This document shows, piece by piece, positions 38,118-51,088 of a DNA stretch of 64,000 nt; the stretch's first letter is position 1, and every line of letters starts with the position of its first letter. The notes beneath the pieces are model-generated. The model saw nothing but the letters and a program-made list of their open reading frames with translations. It was not told where the DNA came from and made no database searches. Source of the stretch: Paraglomus brasilianum (Eukaryota); the NCBI GenBank assembly GCA_910592345.1, contig CAJVPI010000029.1, positions 1 through 64,000 on the forward strand. Direction: 5' to 3'. Made by a program: the position numbers and the translations under genes.

Positions 38118-38471
38118 GTTGGGTGAGAAAGAGCAAGTAAGAAGGCGATTGCCTTGGCTGACTGACAAGGATATTTCGGGGTGAAACGAATTAAAGAAAT
38201 TGCGAGAGACTTTTATCCTCGTGAATTTTAATATTATTCACATGACGATCTGCTTTATTCGAGATTAACATGAAAACAAAAATGAAACTTTCACATGAAC
38301 GTTCACTACGAACGAAGTTTAGTCTTTTCTATGGTGAAGATGCAACTAAAAAAGAACGCATTCTATTGTAAAAAATACGATTAAAAATTCTAAAAGTAAA
38401 AATCCAATCATCGCAACACAATCTAATTAAACAGCACCAAATCCGCAATACGAAACTCTTCCTCAACCTCC

Positions 38472-41400
38472 TCACTGATTTTCCTTCCAAACAGTTTTCA
38501 GTGTTTCCGTTGTATTTTTCAATAACTTAAGCGCGCCTTTGCTCACTCGAACAACAACATCATCAGAGGTGGTTGCATGGTTATCGGACTCGCTATTTGC
38601 TATTACTTTCTCAGCTTTATTGATGACGCGTAGAAGGGCTTTATTCTTGAGGTAATGTGATTTGATTTCTTCAGAAAAACAGCCGGGTGGATTATGGAGT
38701 GCTGTCCAGAACAGAGATAGCGGGGTAAGATTACGGATAAAAAAAATACATATCAAAGAACACTCTTTCTTTATTGTGATGCCAATTCAGCCTCGACATA
38801 CCCTTAACGATTGCTCTTAGACTCAGAATATATGCCTTCTCATTATAAACCGCCACCGATGTGACTGCCTCTTCCGTGCCAACAAACTTCTCGTATCCAG
38901 CCTCATTGTACCATGGCGATCGAGTTAGCACCAGAGCTTGAAGAGAGATAAATAGTTGTAGCAAGGATGATGAGGGTGTCCAGACTTCCGTTTGATCTCT
39001 ACCGTGCCAGGTATTCAGGAGGCTTAGGCAGACTAACGGAGAACGAAAGTATAATTTACAAGGGGCTTATATTGGGAGGAGAGGACGAAAAGTATAACAT
39101 CGTATACCCACCTTTTCCGTCTTCATACAGGTTGGGATTAATCCGCCCGATCCCACCAGTCCATGAATGAAAGAATGCAATTGGTGGTACATTAGGAAAG
39201 TCATTTGGTAATGAAAAGTCAAACAAAAACGATGCATCTTCATATCTGTAAAGTAAATTGATATACATAGTAGACATTGATCGACTGTAGTACAATAATT
39301 CACGTGGATTACTGTCGAAAGGTCACTTACGGCGTTTGTGACGACCCGAATATTAACACGCGAAGCAAATCCATTCGGTTTTCGAACGAGCGTACCAAAA
39401 TGCCGTCTATCGAAGAAGGAATGTTAAATGTAAACGGGTAACCTTCTAGTGCGACAAACACAGTCGTCCTACCTGGTAATGATTTTCGTAATATACCGTG
39501 TTCTTTGATTATGCGTTGTAGGCATGCTCTTGATCGGCTCTGTTTTAAAATATCAGCCATGAGTGATCAAAACACTTAGTAATAAAGTTAGAAATTCTGT
39601 TTGAAATAATTACTTGTTCTGTCTGCTTTAAAAAGCGGTGATCTTCAGGAGGCTCTTCTAGCATCTCGAACGGAAGCCACCCGTATGCAACACGACTTGT
39701 GGGACTATCTATTTCCATTTCATTTTCAGACATATTCTCATTTGTATCGTTTGTTTGTGCAATTTCGATTTGCCTGATATTCTGTGCAATAACGCCATCA
39801 TCTTTCCCTTCACATTGTGCTTGTTCCTTTTCCATTCTGTTATCGTTTTCCTCATCTTCATCTACAGTCTCCCAACTGTCACTGTCAGATTCAATATCGC
39901 TTTCGTCCTCAGATTCACTTGACCAATCATCATAATCGTCTATAGTCCTATTATAAAACGTAAATCTACTATTATTTCCATTCGAGTTTGTGGGGATATT
40001 GACATCTTCATCTTCATCTTCATCTTCTTCGTCGAGTACAATTACTTGGTCTATAGGAACAACAATTGTAGATTTGTCCGCAAGCGAGATGACAGCGCGA
40101 CCATCTAGCGTTAGTTGGGAGACTTCTCCAAACCAATCGAGAGATCTGACTGGAACAGAATCACGCCAAGCAAGCAGAGACGAATATGTTATTAGGTGAT
40201 TTCGATACGTACTTGTAACAAATGTGCCATCTGTAGCGGTTATTAGTAGTAATCATTATTATTGACTTCCTATGTTAAACTGACCTGTTCTATTAACTTC
40301 ATTTTCTTCGCGCTCCTGCACATTTTTAGCCTCTTCGTTTGATAATCTCCTTAGTTGCAATGCGATTTGCTCCAATACAGCATTGTTTTCAATTACATTT
40401 GACAATGATAATGGTGGCAACGCCGTATGGATTGCACTTTGCTGCCACAAAAGTACTTTATCTCCTAGCCCGCATTGCAAGTCTGGATGTACGACTATCT
40501 CATAAAGACTCAATTCTTCGGGTTCGTCCTGAAAACGAGTAGATTAACGTTATTAAATTCGAACTGTTCACTATTGAGCTCGCCAAACATCAATTTTTGT
40601 AAATGTACCTCGAGTTTACCGGGCTCTTGTCCGAACCAGCGTACTGTTGCCAACCTATCTACTGCATTCACGCGCTGAACAATACCCATGCGTTCCGTTC
40701 CTGTTTTGTCGTCAGTCTTGGAAAGTACATAATCAGCCTAATAGTTCCCGAATTATATCGTTAATCTATGGTTATAAATAGCGGTATTCAGTCAACATAT
40801 TCCGTCATACCGGCCATACGTCCTGATCGTCGACATTCAGATATGGTACCAAATCAATTGCTCGCACATTCTTCTCTATACTCATATCTTGCCATTGAAT
40901 ATCGACCATGGTTTGAATGTTGATGACTGTCTAAATTTGCTAATACGTTAGTACCAGCAGGGAACATTTCATATGCTGATGAATTGTATTAGATTATCTT
41001 ACCAAGATACGGAGGTTGCGTGCAAAGACCCTCGTACGATACATTATCTAACGCTATTTCCGGAGCTCCATACGCGCTTGCCGTCTCTGCACCTTTAAAT
41101 ATTACCCTGTCGGCAATCTCGAGAGTAGCGTGTTCATTTATACTCTCAAATACTATAACGTTATCCAAGTCATAAATATCTGTAGGCGGTGGAATGGCAT
41201 TGGAAGTTTGATCAGAAGCCTATAAATTGAAAGCCAATAAACAGATACTGATCGTGAGCAGCGAATGGGAGATTATGAATTCTAGCGCTCTGGCCTCTTC
41301 CTCTTTCTAATAGAAAAATTCAGACATCTTTTTCGTCACCTACATGTCTATTGCGCATAATCCATCGAACCTTGATCTTAGTGGTCCGAGAACCAGAAAC

Positions 41401-42619
41401 TACTGCGTCTTTATGGTTTGGTGAATAGGTTCCGTGGTGGTATACTGCGCTTCGAAAGACTTTACTATCGCCACGAACGTTCTAATTAGCAACAATAATG
41501 TATTATATAGTTAATACGTTATCGATATTCGTGCAGTTCTATCCCTATTAACCTCATTCTTATTGTTAGTCTTGTGCTCTTTTTGCTTCATGCTGAATCA
41601 TGTTCACTACTCTCAATCGTTCTATGACATAACATCACTTTTACATTCTAACCTCGCCGACTGCATATCGATCGGGATAGAAAGTAGAGTATCGGTTTAT
41701 TGTTTCGTCAGGTTCCAATAGATCCGCTTTTTTGACAGTACAAAAAGCTCCATCAGCAAAACGTAACATCACCTCATCCGAAACCTACGATCGTAATAAC
41801 CAGGTTTAATATCTCAAATCTGAATACCAATCAATTGGATTGAAAGTCAACAAACCGAGCGAATTGTTCCAAGCCAATTGTTATATATGATGTAATCCCC
41901 TAAGTATAGTAGAAGCTTAATAATAATTAATCTTTGATTCAATTATGAATTTAGCCGACTCACCCTCCCTATATTTCCAGTAGTAAGTTAAATCTCTAGT
42001 GTTTACTTCTGTAATAATGTCATTAGTAACTTCATGCTTGCTAATGTCAGCTAATCCATTAACGCTGATAACCGTTCCAGACATCATGTCGTTTCCCGAT
42101 CTCTTTACAACATCTCCAACTAAGAACGATGTTAACTGAAAATTAAGGATAAATATGGAAAAGAGACAATCGCGGTAGCAGACTACAAGAAAATGCTACC
42201 ATAACGCACCAACATTCATCTCAGGAAGGATATCTATCAATAACCTTCAACTGATCCTCATTAATATTTTCAGGCGATCTTCCAGATAACCAAGATACAA
42301 CTGCGTGGCCTTTAGGTAACTGCGACACGAATCATTAATCAGTCTATATGCGATCCAATAACTAGCATTAACAAGCCTTCACTCACCATTCCAGAAAGAA
42401 GTCCTGAAACTGAATCTTCCTCTGGTGGATCCTCAAATTCAAACCAAGTCTTCGACACTAAACCCAATTCACTAGTGCTGTCACCAGATATACGAACGGT
42501 ATCTCCAAGATACACCTAATTGAAGAGACGTAAAGGTAATAAAAGACTTAGAAAGAAATTGCAGGAATGCATAACGACAAGTGAGGAATTACCTTAGTTG
42601 AGAAAGTCTTCATAGCCAT
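38472..42619 (-). CDS. UBE2O: UBE2O-like E2/E3 hybrid ubiquitin-conjugating enzyme, multi-exon
   Basis: N-terminal conserved blocks VIDRSFLVGDVVKR, GDYIIYNNWLGTI, TMVDIQWQDMS, WFGEVSQL. UBC domain [37 protein letters not shown] (catalytic Cys), LQALVLTRSPWYNEAGYEK. Confidence 0.92.
42131..42233 (-). other. U12-type (minor spliceosome) AT-AC intron, 103 nt
   Basis: Donor ATATCCTTC, branch TCCTTAAT about 12 nt before the acceptor ...TTAAC. Splicing restores VIDR-SFLVGD. Confidence 0.9.
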
Positions 42620-43309
42620 TGAACTGTAGAATGAAATGTTTTTGGCCTGTCTTTTATATTTATAACAATGACTTAAATCAGATCTGGTTAAATAAGGTAA
42701 TTTCACGTGATTTATTTCAATTACACAACTCACCGCTCGATCGCCATTTACTTTCGCCTCGTTACTTTATTGCAGTCTGTTGGGTGCCGGTACTAGCTCT
42801 TACCTTCTTAAGTACAATATTAGAACATACCATGTACCACTGCATACATATATAGTCAGAATGTGATATGCTTGAGGCATAATTAGACTAGTTTGATGTG
42901 AGCATTTCGTTTATATTAGAATAGTGCTTATCAGACACGTATTGGACAGAATAGATCAATTACGGATAAAAGGGATGTTCGTGATTTACCGAAGCGGATT
43001 CTAGTGGCCTTCTCTGATTACCATTCTATTTTATCTTCCATTTGTTTACCGTGTTAATCATGAAGAAATTAAGTAATTTGCGAGTTTAATAATCTTTGAC
43101 AGTCATAGTATGCATTATTGAATAAGATTGTCTTTTAATATCCTATCTGCTTCCGATATTCTCTTTTTATTTATAACAACGTATGGAGTATTTACCTATG
43201 TGCTATCGGTGCTGCGTTTATTGTATGCAGTGGTATACGGCATTACAGGGTCACTTTGGGTCAGTAAGCGAACTCGCTCTAACGATCGTTTTTTGACAAC
43301 AGTTCCAAA

Positions 43310-46300
43310 ATGATGTATGATGAACTCGCGGCGTCTGTTGTGGAGGAAGTGGCTCTTGATGGAGATCAGGGTAAGCCATATGAGAGTTGAATTTTGAGAT
43401 TTCAGTATATCAATTTGTAATCAAATCATATTCTAAATCGATATTCGTTGGTAATTGCCTCTACCAGGGACTGACCTTTCTCGCTTTTGGGACTTCGTTG
43501 ATTCTTATGTCAACGGCAAAAAAGATGAGCTGGCCGCTCCTCCTTCGACGGACGATCAGTGGAAAGATCACGTATGGAAAATGCTATCGAGAATGTCAGG
43601 AATGACATGTAAAGCGATACCGGAGCGCCTTCAGAACATTGCTGCGCAAGGCGGAACGGGAAGAAAGGGAAAAGGAAGGGTTAGGGATGAAACTGTTGAG
43701 GTGTGTCGGAAAGGATATTTAATGATGAAGCTAAATTGCAATGATGACTAATGTTGTTATTACCTTAATAGTTGGAAACTGTTGACGTTAGTAATATGAC
43801 ATTAAAAGATGCCAATGAACTTTTTGGTGGCAGACTTCGATTAGCGGCAGACGCGGATTTACAGCGAACGGCTATGTTTGGTGATGAAGACGTAAGAGTC
43901 TCCTTTTGTCGCGTCTTATTTATCATATAACTTACCGTACGTGATTATCTGTACTTGACAACGACACCTCTTAAACACCATAATGTGAATGTTACTAAAC
44001 AGATTGTACAACTCGTCTCGGCACAAAGCCTCAAAGTTCTACATCATGTGGCTAGAACGCGTTCTGTCGGAGCAACGCAAGCAGACATGGCCAAAGAACT
44101 TAAATTAGATCCGAGATCTTTATTCCATTTTGTAAAAACGCTTGTACAGAAGAAACTCGTGTATGTCCTGTCTGCATAGATTGTTTAGTCGTATTCGTTT
44201 TTCCACTAATTTTTGTGTATAATTTATCCTCAATGCATATGTTATTGCATTTGATTTTACTGGATTAGAGTTAAGCTTCCCGTCGTAACAAAAGGAAACT
44301 ATACAAGTTTAGTAATACTTGCGAAATGCGCTCCATATAATTCTGCATATGCCGGAAAGTCTGTATATCTTCCAAGTCCAACCACGGGTTCTAATCTTAG
44401 CTCGGGAGTATCCTTTAACTCGCATCTGATCAGATTCCGCATAACACAATTATTAGCTAATGCTAAAAATCAAACGCTATATACATCGGATTTACTTAAA
44501 GCTTTGGTAGGAGGCGATAGAACATTGGCGCCAAAATTGGGATGGAAGAGTTTTTGTTACTGTTTTGATTGTTGACTGTAATTTGTTTACAGGGAATGTC
44601 CAGTCCTTCCATGAAACAACGGCGTTGGTTTAATAGAACCCTTGGCGGACTGCAAAGACGAGGTTATGTAGAGAAATTGAATGTTTTGAAGAAAACCGGT
44701 AGAGGTTATGAGAGATGTATTAAACTGATTATGATGTACGATATGAATAATTCGAAAATGATGACAAGTAAGCAAAAATTTCTTGGTTCTGTTCAATTTT
44801 AACTTCTAAGGTATTCATATGCCGCATTTGCATTCGGAATTTAATTACATCAGCACGAGATACGAAGGCTCTGTCAGGATCATCAATACCTGCATCCTCC
44901 TCGTCCACCCGATCACTCAAGACAAAGTCAGCAAAATCCCATGGAAAATTAGCACAAAAAATTTCACCGATTCACGTTTTAAATCAAGCTAAAGCAAAAA
45001 AACCGAGTGACATGTCACGATCGAAAACCTGTATATCTCACGCTTTGTGTGATTTGCCTATAGATCGTCAAATATATGACCTTATTCACTCTTCAGGAGA
45101 AGTAGGAATCACTGCTAAAGAGCTTAGGGATCGCCTAGGTAGTCTCAATGTCAGATTTTTAAATAAAATCCTGGTGAACCTCGTGAAGCCACAGCCGGAC
45201 GATTTAGTACATTTTACGGTGAAAAGAGTTGGAGAATTTCAAGGAAGAACAAGGCAGTATAGGTATTTTACTCCGAACGGATTTGTAAAGTACCAGATTG
45301 CACAAGGATTTGATCCGGAAGAAAGCGAAGAACTCGTTGAAGCTGGTGTGGATAATACGACAATGTTTGATCCTTTAATTAACCGGTTCGAAGTGGTCAA
45401 TGTTAAGCGCAATAAACCCAAGTACAAACGCAAACGAAAGGCGAGAGGCAAACTTTCTGGAGATGTTGACGTTGATGATACCGATAGTGCGTCAGAGAAA
45501 TCACATAAGAAAAGAAAAATTCAGAGCGCTGACTATCTTATTGAAATTGGAACGCCAACAAAATCAATACAATCCGTAAACAATTCAACCAGCATTACTC
45601 CGGTGTATAAACGGCTCGGCAAAATACCGAGGATCAGAAGTTTGAACAGCACCGAAGAGTTAACAGAAACGAGTAATAATGATTCTGCAAGTTCTACAAA
45701 CGAGCGTATTGTTGTTGAGGATGAGGAGGTTTCTGGATTTAAGGCCAGTACAGGTTCTCGAGCCCAAGCCATCTCTGTAGAACAGCGCCCCTCCACCAAG
45801 AAACCCGCATCGGCCAAATCTTCGTCCAGAGATACTGGTTCTCGCAAACAAGTTGCAAGCAATACATTTACCTCTCGCCGACGCCATAAAATTATCAGTG
45901 ATCTCCTCGAGGAACACAAAATACTCGAATGTAACTATGTCTTAATTCGACGTTATCAGGAAGCAGAAGCAAGTAATGGCAGTTCAACCCCCTATCCCCA
46001 CGTTGTCTGTAAGAAAACGCTCATGCGCGCTGGGGAATACATGGAAATTAAGGGCCTACTAAAGCGGTACACCGTTGCATTACCGCTCCTAAACGGTGGG
46101 ATTACTCACAAACTATTATTCCTTCATCCGACGTTAACACCAGACAGCAAAGAAGTAAAAGATTATGTTGCAAAAATGCAAGATAAAGCTATCCTCGCTG
46201 GTGGAACTTATAAGCCCGCTCCGGTGGATGAAGTAGACGTAGAAGTAGAGAGATTAGATGAAATGCAGAGACGCATTGGTGTTGACGGTATTCCAGGAGA

Positions 46301-49300
46301 TGTTTCTCCTCGATCACGATACGATACGATGATGTTCGCTGATAGTATGGATATCGATAATACAGAAACTCTAACATCAGATGCAGGAGAGAATATCCAA
46401 AGCACTTCGCGAGTGAAGATATCGGACCCTGGGAGTGATCTCTGGTGGTTGAATGTAGCTCGGGATTACGGATGGATTAATGCAAAGATGCTTCGTGCCA
46501 AATTATTACATCAGTTTTTGATAGAGACGATCAATAATGCCTCGCCAGATGATACTCGTGTTTCTAAAGAAGTTAGTGTGTTTGAAACAGCTATTTTACT
46601 TCGAGAGATGCCATTGGGATTGTATCTGCGCATTATTGGGCAAACAAGTCCCATTAAGGAGCTTACTGACTATATTAACTCTGGTGGAGATCTTTTTGTG
46701 CGGTTGATTGATGTGGCGCCCGAGATTCGTGCTACTATTTTCAATCGTAATTACAAATTTAGGGTTACTTTGAAGAATTTGTTGGATATATTAGTAGCCT
46801 TGCAACTTATAAGTTCAATATCAAAGTTACTTGACGATGAGGGAAGACCTTTGTTCGGCCCCTTGACTAGAATGTGGTTAGAAGGCGCAGACGAAGCTGG
46901 AGCTTCGGCGTTTTTGGAAACGTCCGATTCCGATGTACTTATGCCAGCGTATAAAGTTATGCATACTGTACCAATGTATGATTATGCCGTACGTGGACCT
47001 AATCGCCCTTACATAAAAGACTATCAGATAGTGACTCCGGAGGATCTGCAAATATACTGGAGCGAATTACAGTATATTGCACTACAGCGTGAAACGGAAT
47101 CTAATGCTGCTGATATGTGTGGATCTCAAGACGCCTCTCAAGATAAAATCAACAATACAAAGAATAAAGATCCCCTTCGCTTTATAACCTTCCCTCGTAA
47201 TTGGCAGGGTTCATACGCTTTAAGCATCCGACAAAAAAAACTGCTCGAGTCTTACGTAGACCGTACAGCGGGTAAGACACCTTACGATGATGACATGCTC
47301 TGTCAGAAAATAAGCAAAGAATGTATAATTCCCGTGTCTCGCGTTAAAGCCTACTATAAACGTATTGAAGAAGCTTACTATCAAAAAACTCAAACCAAGC
47401 AACAGAATCGCGCAAGCACCAAACGCGTTCCAAGACCACGTAGATCGCGACGTGAAGGTCTTCTCAAACAACGATCCATTTCCGGTGTTGTCGCCTCCGC
47501 ACAGGGCGAGCCCTCATTCCGTAGACGTCGTCGTACGACAAACGTTCATCGACTGGTCAAGAAAGTCCAACGATCTCGTAATAATATTTCCAACAGTACG
47601 AATCAAACTGAGACTAATGATGGACTACAAATTGAAGCGGCTATTGTTGACGGTGAGATTGTACCAGTGATTAACGATGCGACACGTTTTGAGACGCAAT
47701 ATGAAGAACTAGCTCAACGTACACGACCTAATTGGATGGTAGAAGAGGATGAGTTGTTAATTTATGCTTACGCTATTATGAAAGTTCGTGCGGCAAAGAC
47801 AAGGTTTCTGTGGGCCGCTATTAATAAAGTGATACCACATAGGACCAAAGAAATGTGTCGGAGAAGGATAGCTGTTCTAAGCAAGAGAGTTATTATGAGA
47901 GACAGAATTAACAGTTTGATTATCCAATGGGAGAGAATATACAAAAATGCTATTGAGAAAGAGGAGATTATTGATGAGAATGTGAACGATTTGTTGAATT
48001 ACGATCTTCTTGGTCAAGTTGAATATTTCAAGAAAATTATGGAAAATCAGCCGAGGCATGCATATTATATCGATAGACTTTTTTTTTTCTGTGGATATGG
48101 TTAGCACTAACCGTTGTTTGCTTGCTTAGTGTCCTGGCGCCGGTACCATCTCTATATCTTCCAGAAAATGTCTCCATTCTAAACGAGCGATTTGTTGTCA
48201 AAGATTTCTCGTCCAATCGCAGAATTGATTATTATTTTGAAGACCAGCTTCCAGGGAAATCGCTCAGACAAAAACAAGAAATTCTTCTCTCTAGTCAGTT
48301 TTCTTGTCAACTTCCGAACGACGAGCTTGTCGATCTTCCCTCGAAATGTGAAAGTATGCCGATGGATACAGGAAAAATGATCACAGATATGATCGAAGCA
48401 TTGTTAAAGGTTGGGAATAGAAGTTTGCATTTTACGTACAACAATTTATTCATCTAATATATACTTATGATGATTCATCCTTTTGATTGAGAAGATGATC
48501 CTTCTAACACCAGACGATCAATATGATACCACTCATGCATTCTCTATACTTAACTCTTATCCCATTAAATACGTTGACAAAGCATTGGAGGAATCCAAAG
48601 CGAGTGGGGCTATTGTCAAAGTCAAAAGCGGATTCGATCGAAGAGTTCCCGGTCGTGGTTATCATGTCTCTGAGAAGTATGTACTTGATTCCTTGTACAA
48701 AATAGATTTCAAGAATTGATATTTGGGGTAAAAATGTAATATTCACGATCAATTTACAATAGATTTCTTAAGGTTATAAACGGCAACTTGCCAGAGCGAT
48801 TCTTTACGCACGCAGCAAACTACTATAAACAGCTTGTGCAAAGGGTCATGTTTTCGCCTTTTGCCAACAGTGGAACCATGGCTTGTCTGTTGGATATGCT
48901 TGCAAATGACAAGGTAGATTGCTTGAGGCGACACTTAAAGTGAGGTTGATTACGCAATAGACTTATCAGCATATTTATATAGATTACTCTGACGGGACTG
49001 CTGCCATCGCATTTGTTTGCGAATTTAATACCGAATTACAGAACGCGCCAAATTGGTAAGTGATCAATTAAACAAAAAGCATAATAATACGTCTATGGCT
49101 GTTCTATGCCTTTCCTACATTTATTTTCTCACTTTCTCGCCTACATATAAACCAGACGAAAACAAGTTGGAGTTTGACATTGTTATCTCTCCCAAGAATT
49201 CCGTTCATTTCGACGCCACTATGAAGACATCGATAGTGTCACAACGTGAATTTCTATCAGAATCAAATAACCATCAACTTCCAACAATAGAACAACCAAA

Positions 49301-50499
49301 GATAGTAATGCTCGATGAAGACACGTCTATGGATACTATCGATATAGAGATAGAGAATAGACAGAGTTTACACGAAGAGAATGTATTAGAAACGCAAGAC
49401 AGACAGAAGGAGAAAGGAAAAAAACCGTCATGTCATTTCAAAATTCCAAAATCTAAAAAGGAAGCTGTGTCAGAAGCCAAGAAATTGATGATGACTCTGG
49501 ATAAAGAGACTGGAAATAATGTTTTTGCCGTTTTTAAAGCAGTTGCTCGGTTTGGTAAACTTGGAGTGACGATTAATTCGTTAAAGGTAGGTGTCTTTCA
49601 AAGCATTATCAACCATTATCATCTCCTTAATATGTATCCTTTCAAAGCGTACCAGCGACGTTTATTACTTCACCGAAGCCTTGCTAACTCTCATAAAAAC
49701 AACCTTAGGCCTACCTACAGGAGAATTCTAATCAAATTCCGGACGCTCATATCAATCAATCTCTTAATCTCCTGGGGAATCATACCCCTCTATTAATTAT
49801 GCGTGTTGGCCATAAAGTTAACAGATACGTTTGTGGTATATACGCGGAACGGTGGCTAATTGATGTTTCTAACAGACAAAGTTATAACTCTGCTCGGTAC
49901 ACGCCCCGGACAGTAAATGCAGCAGTTGACGTAGAAACAATATCTGGTCAAGGTCAAACGTTGAGAGAGAGAACTGAACCAGAGAAGAAATTTGCATTAC
50001 CTAGAATGTGGTATAATATCAATGGCGAATTCATTGAATCCGTTCATCGCGGATGTTTAGAGGTGGTCCTTGGAACTATACTGAAGATACCAGGAATTTA
50101 TGAGGTAAGAATTTGAGACAGCAGTCGATAGTTGATAACTCTTGATTGAACTTGTTGTCTTTGTTATGTTAGTCTAACATCTATAGAAAGCTACGATTGG
50201 TCATGACACATGCTGAGATCCAGGATATCTTAGAGGATCTCGTGGAGAGAGAATGTGTAACAAGGCGATGTTTCTTGAAACCGCAAAAGGCAACATTATT
50301 TTCGGCGCCGAGGACCTTTGAGGATTGTGGTATGTATTGTTGATGAATACATGGATATTCGTTCAAGCGTTATACTAAGTCACATGTTTTTATGGATAAT
50401 TTAGACTGCAATGTAATTAGTTCCGATAAAGTATCATGCTATTGGGTTAACCAGGGATACTATTTATATCATGACAAGGTTAAGAATTGCTTCGTCTAA
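43310..50499 (+). CDS. TFC3: RNA polymerase III transcription factor TFIIIC B-block-binding subunit (tau138/Tfc3/Sfc3/GTF3C1)
   Basis: MMYDELAASVVEEVALDGDQG, winged-helix block VARTRSVGATQADMAKELKLDPRSLFHFVKTL, DLPIDRQIYDLIHSSGEVGITAKEL, EFQGRTRQYRYF, YGWINAKMLRAKLLHQFL, LPRMWYNING, GTILKIPGIYE. TAA at 50497-50499. Confidence 0.92.
48056..48129 (+). other. GC-AG intron in TFC3
   Basis: AG|GCATGC donor, CACTAAC branch near 48105, TTAG acceptor. Joins QP-S-VLAPVP in frame. The unspliced frame stops at 48104. Confidence 0.7.
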
Positions 50500-51088
50500 G
50501 AAAATATTCTTTGTATTTATAATTGGTGATGAAAACAACCATTTTTAATAATTAATGCTTTAATATGTGATTAAGATGTTCTGTAACTGTGATTAGAAAT
50601 TGAATTAGAGTAACAAGAATCACAACGTGTGATCGTGAAAAGATACTGTTCCCAAACCATTGTTGCAATAAAATATCAATGTGATCTATGAATGCAGTAA
50701 ACGTTGTGCACACCGCACAATTATAAATACGACGCAAGATTTTACTAGTAATACATACGAGTTGTTGACCCTTTAAGTCACTGCTCTCGATCTTGCTTTC
50801 TGCTATTGTATTCATATCAATATTAATATGCAAATTCAACTTTACCAGAGACGTTTCTACAACGATAAATTGGGTTATGAAAAGAGTTGTGCTCCGCGCG
50901 CGCAGAAGGAATCAATGCACCATTTGGGAGAAAAGACGAACGCAGACCAGAAACCAAAGTGATATTGTTTGCTGCTTCGGCAGCGAGTGTCAGTATGCGA
51001 AGAGCTTAATGTGTTGAACAATGATCATCAGCGTATTTATGTACATTCTCGTGCCACAAAACCCGTTTTAAATTTTCGACCCTCAGAC

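Noticed and set aside
49624..49643. U12-like donor GTATCCTTT preceded by TCCTTAAT inside a TFC3 intron
   Set aside because: Using it shifts the frame at the available acceptors (49708, 49720), while the GTAGGT donor at 49587 keeps the frame.
50793..51017. Cys-rich ORF (CCFGSECQY) resembling a zinc finger upstream of KNL2
   Set aside because: Different frame from the SANTA ORF and no convincing splice link. It could be a uORF but is unsupported.
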